Position numbers and translations under genes: made by a program | The notes under the pieces: model-generated | Told to the model about the DNA's origin: nothing | Databases searched by the model: none | The model's input: only the letters and a program-made list of their open reading frames with translations | In this document: positions 1 through 11,823 of the stretch, in pieces | Layout: each line of letters opens with the position of its first letter | How positions within the stretch are numbered: the first letter of the stretch is position 1 | Assembly: GCA_051294905.1 (NCBI GenBank) | Contig: CM119374.1 | Span: 18,290,001-18,354,000 of the forward strand | Source: Botryllus schlosseri | Taxonomy: Eukaryota | Direction: 5' to 3' | Length of the DNA: 64,000 nucleotides

Positions 1-886
1 TCCCAATACAGCTGATGTTGACGTGCAATTTTTACATCTACATCTACGGGTTTCTACATCCGACATGCAGTCAGAGTTCAAAGAACTTGATTGTTGACAA
101 CTTTGATCGACCACAGATGTCTGATTGACTGCAACAGCTATTGAAGTACATTAGGTTAATAAATTCGATAAATACTGTTTTTAATCTGGAACACGATCAA
201 GCCATGCCAATTAACTCTGCCATTGGCAAGCATTTATAGCTGAGAATTCTGCTTGTGCTAAAAACTATAGTGATCAGAGATTCCCGATATTTGGGAGAGA
301 ACGCACACTTTTCATCTGTCCGCACTCGAATCGACATTTTTCAAAACCCTGCAACCGCTTGTCAGCAGAAGGAATTTTTGATCAAGCTAAGAATTGGCCA
401 CTATCTGCGCTCGCAGTCTGCTTGTGCTCCATGTTGTATTCGTTTCTATGCCATAATTGGATGTGTGCAATGTAGTTAGATGCAAGTTTTCGAAATTCCT
501 CATTTGCTGACGATTGCTCATGAAGAGTGTCAGCTCGAAAAGATTCGGGTTATAATATAGTTTCGTGATGAATATAGTATTATAATGTACATTGTAGGAG
601 AATATTACATCTACTTGACATGCGAAAAGTAAGTGAGTAAATCACCATTTACTACGAAGTAGAAGTACATACTTTACTTGAGTAAGCGCTGTAATTATCG
701 GAAAACTACTTGAGTACTTCGAAAAAGTAGAAGTACTTCGTTACTGATCACCTCTGATTACTATGAACTTCTAAAGTACACATTATGCAATTGGAACATT
801 TTGACGCTTCAAGTCATTTATTCGTCGTTGTGACGCATACTCTGTTCATAATGTTATTTTCTGCATCGAGACCGCAATGTACATAT

Positions 887-3800
887 TTAGATCAACTTTC
901 TCAGTTCAATGTTTCGTCGGCGGCGTTTATTCTGTCGCTGGAACGACTGATCGTTGGTTTCTTTCTCGCACATCACTCCATGATAACGGTAATAATTAAT
1001 GTAATTCCATATTCCGAAGTCTGAAGAACCGTCATTTCTGATGAGCATAATCAGGTACTTGTATGACGACAAAGGTCTTGGATATCCTGGATACCATTGA
1101 AGTTGATTCGAACGTTTTTCCATTCCTGATCGGTAAAGCAGAGTTGAAGTCTGTAAAAAACGATCGAAGTACTTATTAGTACGATTATTTCTGAAACGCC
1201 GATCACAGTTGCAGCAAAATGGTACAGTTGCAGAGATGAGCATGGATTAGGATTTGGATTTGAAAAGACCGGATTTGATGATTTTGCCACCAAGCTCGCG
1301 TAGATTTCCTCTACTTCTGGTACTTACTCTAGATCTTTATTTCGCTACTTCTACCTCTACTTCGTAATATTTTGTTAACTACTTACTTACTTTCGCTATT
1401 TTCAGTTTGTCAAGTAGAAGTAGTTTAATCCCCCAATTAGAAAGATAGCTTAAGGAATTTCGGGGCTGTTTTCACGTAGTACCTACAATTAATTTTCATA
1501 AAAGTCATGTAATACTCGAAATTTTCGTTGCGCTTCGCGCACTGTAGTTATGGAGTCACAATATGCTTTAGCGAAAGTATAACTGAATATAATTTAGATA
1601 CCAGGTTGCGTGGTTCCGTCCACACCGCATTGTCGCCTATATCAAATATTTCATCACAGTAAGTATTGCCCCCATAACGTTTGAAACTACCGTTTTGCAA
1701 TAGCAATCACCTATTATACCTAGCAGCCCGTGACGTGTCCTAATCTGGAAAAGTAGACTTTGACTTTTTTAACGTTAGACCTGTTTCAGCTGACCACCAA
1801 TGAAACTTTCTGGACAAAAGACATGAGAACTATTTTCCGCTTTTTAGAAGTATTTTTTGTATTTTTCTGTCGATTACGAGTATTATACGTTTGAGTTCTA
1901 ATTAGAGTTTCAGTTCTTTTGTCTGGAGACCATACATGTTGAAGTATAAAAGTAAGTGTAGTAATGTCTTATATTTTCCAAAATTAAAGCTATACACTAT
2001 ATGGCATTATTACGATCTGGCATATTTTTAATTACCGTGTACTAATCACGCAAAGTGTTAAAGCCGTGTGCGACACAACTTCTCCGTATTGCTCTTCGAC
2101 TGAACTAGGGGCCTTATAATATGGGGGAGCGCGCCATGCCATGATAGTATCTAAAACGGGGTGTTCGAGTAAACAGAGGATTAGTATCGCATTTCCATGT
2201 CAACACTATCATTTACATCCGACGATGTGAACGACTGCTTCTTCTGTTTAAGATTGACACCTCCTGGGATGCATCAATATAATTTAAGCTATTTACATCT
2301 TCCGCATAGCTCCATTTGCAGCTTTTGACAGTCCATGCGAACGATTTACGATCGTTTTCACAACTACTTACTTACTTGAGTAGATTTGAAGTCAGTCAAT
2401 TCTACTTCTACTTCAAGTAGTTTTAGGTTGCTTATGTAAGAAGTACTTCTACTCGTACTTGAGTAGATTTTTTCGTCGCTACTTCTACTTCTACTTGAGT
2501 AGCATTCTTGACTACTTTGACCACCTCTGCCAAAGATCAACATTGCCAACACTCTACGCAGAAAATATGAATTTGGAAAGGTTAACACTGCGAACAGGGC
2601 TACATCGGGATCGCTATTACAGTGAATAACATTTCATGCTGCCAACATAAGCCAACAAGCAATGTCAGCTGTATGCAAATTTGTTCTCCAGATAAAAGGT
2701 TCACAGTGCCTTTGTTATAAGCAGAGATGGTCGGTAACGAAGTACTTTTACTTTTTCAAAGTACTCAAGTAGTAAATGTTGCTTCGTTCCGTTAACACTG
2801 CATTACCGCCCATATTACCTGTTTATTCACATTAAATATGGTTCATCAAAACGTTTGGAACTACCGTTTCGCAATCTAGTGACAAAAGCGCACAAGTACA
2901 GCACACGCGCGTCAACGAAGAACAACTACCATAAGATCAGGACTGAATACATGAAAACACATTGCTCTATCAAGTATGCCGGACCCCAATTGTGGAACAG
3001 CATCTCGCCGGCTATCCGACAGTCGTCGAGCATGTCCGCATTCAAGTCGAAATAGAAGCAATTTCTTCTAAATCAATACTAGCCAGTCTTCAGGATTATC
3101 GGACCACGACCTAACATCGACCTCGCCCTCCGCCACATGCCACCCCATTTTATCGCTTGCGTCTTATATTCTCTGCATTACTTTTCATTCAGTGTGCATG
3201 TCTCTTATTTACTTCGTCTAGGCTCAGGTGGGTGTCTGATCTTAATGGCTACTCCAAGTTGTTTCGGCACCTTCCTATCTTTTCATTGTATCGCAGTCTT
3301 GTGATGTTTTGAAACGATGAAAATATTAATAAACCTGATTGATTGATTGATTGAGTGTATAGGCCTACTTATGAGCATTATAATCTAGAAGCACATGGCG
3401 TGTCCTAATAAGCTGGAAAGTGGCCTCTGACTTTTTTGAGCGTTGAAGCTGTTTTAGCATACCACTGTTGAAGCTTCTGCTGTTAAAAATTTATACGGCC
3501 CCACTTGTATCAGTATGAATTAAGCTCTCTGCACCTTTCGCATAGCTCAATTTGCAGCTTTTGACAGTCCATGCGAATGTAATATATTGTTTTCACAACT
3601 ACTTACTTACTTATTTACTTACTTGAGTCGATTTAAAGCCGCCGAATTCTTCTTTTACTTGAAGTAAAAGTATTCCTACTCGCATCGTAACTTTTACTTC
3701 TACTTGAGCAGCTTTCTTGACTACTTTCACCACTTCCGGTAATAAGTTACTTTTGTGAACGCGTGGCCCCGATTACTGAGCATCGACTATCTCTGACACC

Positions 3801-5774
3801 AAGCCCAAGTTAGAACCATCCCGGCTACTTGTGGATAGCTCGCTGTTACCTGCAGCGTTGACTCTTCTTCAAATAAAGGGAGTGTCGTACGCCTGGACGG
3901 ATTGATACAATCAGCAATTAAGATCATAGCTTTTGCTGACTTGAAATTGACTCGATATCGGAAAATTAGAGATCACTTGATTTGATTCGAGTGAATCGAG
4001 TATCGAATGTAGCGACGTAGTCCGAAAACTGTGTGACTGTAATAAGTTAGAAATTTATGCAACTAACCAAGTTTTTATATTCCATTCCTATCCATACGTA
4101 GATCAACGATCTACCAGCTGGTATCTTCGTGAGAGCGAACTCGTACAACGTGGATTGTTGAATTCGATCATGAATTTCAGCCAATTGAGCTCCTTGCTTT
4201 TCGCATTCTGCAACTGCTTGATCATACGTCATAAGACGCGATGATCTCAAATGAGGAAGAGTGAAACACTTTCCAGAATGAAGCAGCCCTCCTCGTCTTC
4301 TACAGTCATCTTCTGCAATGTAGAGAATAGTCAAGCTCTTGATTGGCAATGTCGTCACAAAGATCATTGGTACGGTTGATAGGTAGCCTATTCGATTCAG
4401 TAGCACAAGTTATATCATGTATTACGTCAAACTGAATCAAGCTCATTAATCAAGTTACTCGAAGACGATCCTCATATACTTTGATTTATATGTATTTGTG
4501 CTGTAAGTCAGAGTCAGATTCGTGATATTTGTATTCCTCAAATAGGTTTATCGTTTTCCTATAGCGAGGCAATATTTTCCTAAACATTATATGATCAAAC
4601 GAAATTAATAACAATAAGGGAATGGTGTCTTGTGTTTAGCATGCCTAGTATCGATGTGAGGAAGCGACACGTCGTTCTTGTTGGTGTCCTGGTTATTGCT
4701 ATATAGTGAGGGCGAGGTCGATTCATTCTCTTTCGCTAGTCTTATTTTGAGAGCAGAATGTCGCTATCATCAAATACATTTTATGTCGAAGTATGGCGGA
4801 GTTGAGCGCATGGAAGTTATGAATGTGCTATCGATCAACATTTCGAGAAAAAATGTGGGCCAAATTAGAAATAGGGGCGGACAACAGGTCGTGGGCCGCA
4901 ATCATGTCCAATTGTCCATGCAGGCCACCACCATATTGTCATTTCCCTACAATCTGGGCCCAGCGGTACAAATTCGACCCGCAGAGGAAAATGTGGAACC
5001 CCGTGAAGAAATGCTAACTTGGAATAGCATGCGTTACCTAATCTGTGTCGTTTGTGAATGGCGTAATACAGGACTTACTTACTGCGGAAAGCGTGTGTGT
5101 GTATCCGGGAATTGGAATTACACGTATAAAGGATAGGGATCGAATTCCCCGTGGAAGGATGGGCGGTCTGGGGGCCTGTAAAGTGCTGTTACGGCATTGC
5201 GTAAAGCATACTCTTTGTACTCCCCTTAATTCATCAAATAACTTGGCTAAGCTTTGCTTTCTTTGCCTATCAAGCTTTTTGATACAGAGCAAATATTTCA
5301 GGCACTTTTGTCACCAAGTCCTACACGTTCATGCGAGTTGCCGGAGAAGATTTGCTGTGATATAAGATCATGCAATCGGAGATTGAACACTTCTTAATCG
5401 GTCGAAATCAACCAGTGACAAAAACATGTCGATTTGACGAAAATAGTCATTCAACTATAGGGTTGCATTTAAAACAAAAATCAATTTAAAACAAACATGT
5501 TTGAAACAAGGCCAGTGTTTAAAACATGTTTTTTTTTTTAAGCCATGACGTCACGAATATCAACTCGGTCGTTATCCACCCTCACTGGACTACCTTTAGG
5601 ACCTGTTTTGCCTGGAGGGCACTGGACTCTTCCGCGATGCGGTTGGTTTTCGGCTCGTCCAACTTCAGAAACGCCACCTTCGATGTTCTTGCAAATCAAA
5701 TGTTGTTCGCTATTCGACACCACGCACCAGAACAATGCGAGAACAGAAATCAACCCCGAGACGGATTTCAACAT
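887..5774 (-). CDS. Secreted collectin-like protein: signal peptide, very short Gly-X-Y segment, neck, C-type lectin domain (about 297 aa in the best model)
   Basis: Exon 5774-about 5586 (MLKSVSGLISVLALFWCVVS...CPPGKTGPKGSP), exon about 5274-5079 (LDRQRKQSLAKLFDELRGVQR...), exon 4312-4068 (CRRRGGLLHSGKCF...YDQAVAECEKQGAQLAEI...VWIGM) and exon 1150-887 (QWYPGYP...GIWN...HGVMCEK, stop). The last two exons join cleanly in phase 0 and give a clear CTLD. The exon 1/2 junction is ambiguous (weak acceptor, nearby in-frame stops), so a disrupted allele is possible. Confidence 0.75.
1295..2528. mobile_element. AGTAGA-rich hAT-type element, one TIR missing
   Basis: Reverse complement of the 22556 family along most of its length; ends CTACTTTGACCACCTCTG at 2528; no TSD found. 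Confidence 0.65.
2722..3738. mobile_element. AGTAGA-rich hAT-type element interrupted by a LINE 3' end
   Basis: Ends CAGAGATGGTCGGTAACG and CTACTTTCACCACTTCCG; TSD GTTATAAG/GTAATAAG (1 mismatch); same family as 22556-25234. Confidence 0.68.
2840..3354 (+). mobile_element. 5'-truncated LINE copy with (GATT)n tail
   Basis: KAHKYSTRAS...SIKYAGPQLWNSISPAIRQSSSMSAFKSK followed by the shared 3' UTR. 5' end approximate. Confidence 0.8.
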
Positions 5775-8047
5775 TATGCAACAATGATTAACAACAATCT
5801 ACAAGGTATGGTACAAAAATGGCTCAAATCACACATATACATATAAGACCTCGCGAAACTGTTGGTACCAAGTAGTTATAAATCGATTTATAAATCGGCT
5901 GGTATACACGATCTCGTCTTAGGCCAATCGATAGGTTATGCGATCGACATAAATTATGTTTTTGGAGTGACTTTAGACTTCAGATCACCATCAAGTGGGA
6001 TGTATAGCTGGATTTCGGTATATTTGAGTTGAAAATATATAGGTGATGGATTCACATTCAAAAGATTTTGATTCCGCATGGCGATGTCGGTTCATTGTCT
6101 TTTTAAATTGACACTGCACTGTCAATATAATGTGTTTGCAAATGAAAGATAAAATCGGGAAAAATATTTTGGCCGCAGTCATATTCCGCAGCAAGTGCAA
6201 ATGAAGATATCACGCCAGCAATTTCGCAACGGGATAAGCAGCGGAGACTTCCAGCCGCGCTACTTGGCGTGGAATGGGGATAGTTGCACTTTTCGTTTAG
6301 TTCCTTACGATGGATTTCTGAAGAAAATGAGTGCGGACAAATTTTTTTCCCGGTTTTGTCTTTCATTTGAGACCACATCATACGTAGAGCGCAGTGCCCC
6401 CTAATTATAAGCAATGACGCGTCGAATCGATGATGTGTACAAAGTCAAAGAGGCGGTGTCGAACAGGTCTGACGAGGCTGTATACTGTGTAATTCCAAAG
6501 GGGATGGAAAGACTACTTCCCGAGTAAATACACCGAAAAGGGGATCGAGACAATGATATAGGCCAGGGGTCCGGAACCTATGGCTCGCGAGCTAGATATG
6601 GCTTCTTTGGCGATAAAATATGGCTCTCTGATAAATTTCAAATTTTGCACATATTTCACATCTTATTTATCAATTGTGCTCCAACTGTTATTAAATCTTC
6701 ATAACGGCCGGAATCATTATTCTGGAGACAGTTATGAAGTACCTCTTGGGTGAAGACGGTGACTTGTGTCACTTATCAAAGGGTATTACGGGCTCGGAAA
6801 CCCCTTTTAATAATCATGAAATGTAGGCCTATGCCAATTTTAATTGTTCATTACTTAGAGGTATACATCGTCAGACGTCACGGAACAAGAAATATGCGAC
6901 AACAGCTACGACGGACCAAACAAGATTATGGTACTGAAGGGCTACACCATCACCAAACTCGAGATATGGAAATCAAAACGTCAACTCGATGTTGCGAATG
7001 AATATGCGACGACGGACCGAATATGGGCCATAACCAACAGCATATCGAAGAAGGTGGCCAAAGAATTACGCGAACTATCGAACAACACGCGATAGGCCTA
7101 AAGGCGGCGCAAATAACCGTTTTTACAAGATCGCAAAATGCAGTAAATATGCTGAAATATGACTACATGCATGATTTTTTCCCGCGTATATACGCATTAT
7201 GCATGTTGAATTGTCATTCCATATACATCACTGTCCCTATATGATTTTTACGCAAAATGCATCGCCTTTTTTCCATTTTACGTATGCAAATAAAACTGCC
7301 ATTTCGTGCTAACTGCCTACCTCCCCACCAACACCCCACCCTACCAAAACCACGCACAAGGAGATAGCGCCAACCTGGAAATGAGATAATTTACCGAGTC
7401 CCCATAAACATATGGACAAACGCGGAACATATTAAATTCGAAGAAACTTACCGAAATAAATTTTTAGAAAAATTCGAGATATAAATATGACTGAAAATTT
7501 ATCTTTAATTCCGTCACGCTTCGATAAAACCGTTCCACAAACACCCTAAAGACCATAATCCCAGAAAAATACCATTTATAAATAAAAAGAATGGCGCGGG
7601 CATACAAGACTTGAGATCTTAAGTCAAGCCGTCAAACATTCATATAGGCACGTACTCCTTTTCTTGCTTTGCTTATTATGCTTTATTATGCAATTTGAAA
7701 TAAAATCACTGAAGAGAGGTATACATCGGACAGATCTAAATCAGAAAGTTCGATACGAAATTAGAGTAATTGCGAAATCATAGTTGGTCTCGCGCCGCCC
7801 GCGAGTATTATCATAATTCGCTGTCATCCCACGACATGATTGCACAATGCGTTGAATATTCAGAAGAAAATAAGCCTAGACAATGCAGTTTTAAAATTGA
7901 TATTGTTTTCCTGATCATCGGCTCGAAATTTAAGTTATAGCCATCCATTTTCCCAATTATTAGGTAGCTTGTTTGCACTATATCGGTAAAATGTAGGCTT
8001 ATAGGGCAATGTTATATTAACGTCGAAGAATTTCAGAATTGGAGAAT

Positions 8048-8620
8048 TCATCATCATCATCATCATCATCATTGGTTTATTTTTATCAGTTCAATACACC
8101 ACAAAAATGCGATACAATGAAAAGACGGGAAGGTGTCGAAGCGACTTGGAGTAGTCTATGGAATCAGACACCCACCCTGGCCTAGGCGATGTAAAGAGGA
8201 GGCATGCACACTGAATGACAAGATAGTATAGTATAGAAAAAAGAAAGCGACAAGAAATGAGGCGGCATGTTATGGAAAGCGAGATCGATAGGTCAGTCGT
8301 GGTCCGGTAATCTTGAGGATGGACTGTATTTATTTAGTAGTAATTGCTTGTATTTCGACTTGAATGTGGACAACTGGACATGCTCGTCGACTGTCGGATG
8401 GCCGGCGTGATACTGTTCCATACATCAGGTCCGGCATATTTGATTGAACGATGATCTTTTCGGTCGATCATATGATATTTGGACGACGTGGACGCGCGTG
8501 TGTTGTACTTGTGCGCTTTTGATTCCGAGGTAAAGAAGTCATAGAAATATTCGGGGCAACGACCGCAGTGGAACTGAGTAAGAGAATTTAGTAAGAAAAG
8601 TTAACCAAACCTAACATAAT
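8048..8620 (-). mobile_element. 5'-truncated copy of the same LINE family
   Basis: Near-identical to 63232-63760; (TGA)n tail at 8048-8072. Confidence 0.85.
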
Positions 8621-10059
8621 CGTCCGTCGCTGCAGTTATTATCCCGTTTTTAATGCACTGATTGAACTCTGTGTGACTGCCAGAAAAACAATTTAAGGAT
8701 GTATGGCTGGCTATCCTCGCGCGTGCTGTATAGATTCCTTGGAAAGCCGCTTAATTATAAAAAAAGCGTGTTACTGAAGAATAAACAATATATTCTCGCG
8801 TTTACTGTCGTCTACAACTGTTGGTTTTGCATTAAAATGTAGGCCTACAACCTAATTGTCTTAAGATTCGAAGAATATCACATCGTTCTCATGGAGATAA
8901 AATTGAAATTATGTAGCTTGCAAACGTCCAAGCCCCTGTTGCTAAGCTAAAATGTCGCATGCTCAAATGTCGGGCAACCGGCTGGATTAGTGCATACGTC
9001 ACAACATCACATCGGTGTTTACACGGAAAATATGGCTCACATGATGAGTCCCATGTAGGGACGTTTGATTTCGTGCTACCATGGCGTTATAACCAAGCAT
9101 TTTATATAGGTACATCACAAATGGTTGAAATCAGATGGCTCTTTTGACGAAAAAAGTTCCCGACCCCTGATATAGGCATATGCTTTCCTGAAAACCTGTG
9201 ATATTTTCTAAAAGTGATGTTGCTGAACGAGATAAATGTCTATATGATTGTACCGCGCTATCATATTATACACTCCACATAGGCACTATTGCTCTGGAAT
9301 TTTCGAGACTAAATGCTTTCAATCCGCTCTCAACCTTACTGCTGTTACCGTCTCGTCATCATCGTCCTTTCTACTAATAGCAACAAAATACATGAGATTA
9401 AACTGTAAACGCGGACTTTGGAATTTGTTATATTCTTATTAAATCACGATTCTGGTTTTTCTAGATTCCGGGGACCTTCTGAGCCGGAAATGATACAGTA
9501 GCGAGACCATGCACTGCTTGATATTAGAATTATATTTTTGTGTAAATAATATATCATCCATGTAAACTGCATATAACGGTCCAACATTGGCGTTTTCACT
9601 TCTGTGAATAACTACTTTTTGGTACATTTTTCCATAAAACTCAACTCAGTGTGCACTTCTTGCCTTTTCGAAATTGGGTGTCAATGTCCCCGAGTTGTTC
9701 CTATAGTGGTTACAAATGTGAAACCACAACGCCGTAGCCGGGTGATTATAATGTGGAGTACGAACATACTCGATATTTTCTGTCTTGAGGGAATATTCAA
9801 CGGATGTAACAAATCAACATTTGTGACAAATGTGATGGGTAATACAAGCATTTTCCAATCTACTCAGAATGGCTTAGCGGGCCGGATGAAATCGTCTAGC
9901 GGGCCGTATGTTTGACACCGCTGGTGTTGACTGTTACTTCTGCACCTCCGTGAGATTGCTACTCCGCGAGAGGAAACAGGGCTGTAACTATACACTACCT
10001 TAGGATTAAATTGAAGATGTTTCGTGACGTTTACCGCGAATCCGCTAAATACTAGTTAA

Positions 10060-10335
10060 TCCTCTAGTTTACCGGAGCACGACCTGGCATATCGATCTCG
10101 CCTTCCGACACATGCCACATTTTTTTTGTCACCTGTCCTTTTATATTATCTTCTTTTACTTTTCATTCAATATACATGCCTCCTTTTTTACATCGCCTAT
10201 AGGGCAAGTGAGTGTCTGATTTCGAAGACTACTCCAAGTCGTTTCGACACTTTCCTATCTTTCATTGTATCGCAGTCTTGTGGTGTCGTGAAATGATGAA
10301 AATTGCAGCAATAAATCGAATTGAATTGAATCCGA
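10060..10335 (+). mobile_element. LINE 3' UTR fragment with (TTGAA)n tail
   Basis: Shared 3' UTR (GAGTGTCTGATTTC...GACTACTCCAAGTCGTTTCGACAC...CATTGTATCGCAG), AATAAA, TTGAATTGAA. Confidence 0.75.
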
Positions 10336-11823
10336 GAGAATTTCATTTGTGGTATATGCCTACTGCTATTATAATAACATGACACACTCCTTTTTGGAAT
10401 TTGATGGAAATCTCATATCTCCAATATGACCGACGCCTGGCATCACGCGTAGCTGTGCAATGTGCACCCGAAGCCTTTTTTCGTCCTTCAAGATACCGAC
10501 CATGTTCCACTATGGATTGCACTATTGCAGCATATTTGTACGTACATGACCTGACCGCGCCTAGTTCCCGCTAGCAAACATGATCAGAGGCGTATGAAAT
10601 TGATATTGCTGCGTTTGGCCACCTGTAGCGAGTTCACGTCAGATACGGTTCGTATGTCAAGTCGACAACGCCTGTTCGTAGTATCTCCATTCTCCAAAAA
10701 CACATTTCATAGTTTTCACGAACTTAATCTTCTGTATGATATTACAAGAGAGACGTTCATTCGTGGCGGTGTTATAAAGTTATAAAATGCATATGATTGT
10801 GACGTGACTAAAAATTGACGACCGATGTGAGCTCGGGACTCTAAAGTTATGTGGTCACAATTACTTCGTTTCCATGCTCGGCCGACGGTCGGCCGAAAGG
10901 CCATGACGCATGCGTTGTACATGTCGGCCGTGTTTCCATGAGCAGACGTAACCCAACCGTGACTTGGCCGAACTAGGTGGGCGAAGCGATCGCGATGACG
11001 TTTTTGGCTTACTTACTCAGTAACAATTTCATAATAATCAGAAGATTGCGATAAATGACTCGGTAGGAATGAGCCGAAAGACTTGTAGCGGTCATTCAAT
11101 CAAATAACACGCTTTGACCTTGAACACGAAATGCATCCAACATGTAAAATGGTCACGATGAACCAATTGCTTAAAACTAACAGAAGATAAAATAAGATGG
11201 ATAAAAGATGAAAATTGGTGGCATATCTTAGTATGTGGGGGATATAGATATGGGATATCGTGGTCCAATAATTTCGAGCACAGAATAGTAACTTCTCCAG
11301 TAGTCTACCGGTACTACTGTTTCGTCGTCATGATTCAGACATGAACGTCCAGTGTCCTGTCGATGATTTGCTTACCAGGGGAATGTGAATAAGTTCACCT
11401 AGTTTGTGGTCAAGCGGTATAGTTTGTATTGTATCCATGCACCATAGAACGCAAACCTTCGAATTGTGGCAGCAGCGTATGTGATCAGATCGCGAAGATT
11501 TCGGTAGCCTACGGGTAATTCGTAGCAGTACCGGTAATACTAAATTCCGTTGCGATCATAATTCTTGGTTTCTCAAGGCGTCCAAGATCCGTCCGGAGTG
11601 CAGCCATGGTTAATTTGATACGAAAAGTGTATTGTAAGTAGCGAATACCAATTAGCTAATCGAAGACACAGCGCAAGCATGGCCGAAGGGCTAAGCCGAA
11701 GGATTTACTAGATGGCCGACGAGTCGGCCGACGTGGGTGTGCATCACTGTAAATGCGCAACAAAATTCTCTCGTTCGTCGGCCGAGTCTCTCGAAAATGG
11801 GCCCATCGGCCGAGCATGGAAAC

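Noticed and set aside
5176-5211. 36-nt GT-AG intron within lectin exon 2
   Set aside because: It is shorter than the 55-64-nt minimal introns seen elsewhere in the window and is in frame without stops, so I treated it as coding; cDNA is needed to settle it.
6414-7110. Possible small plus-strand gene (MTRRIDDVY... and RYTSSDVTEQEIC... frames)
   Set aside because: The splice phases do not match, there is no recognisable domain, and a MITE end lies between the two frames.
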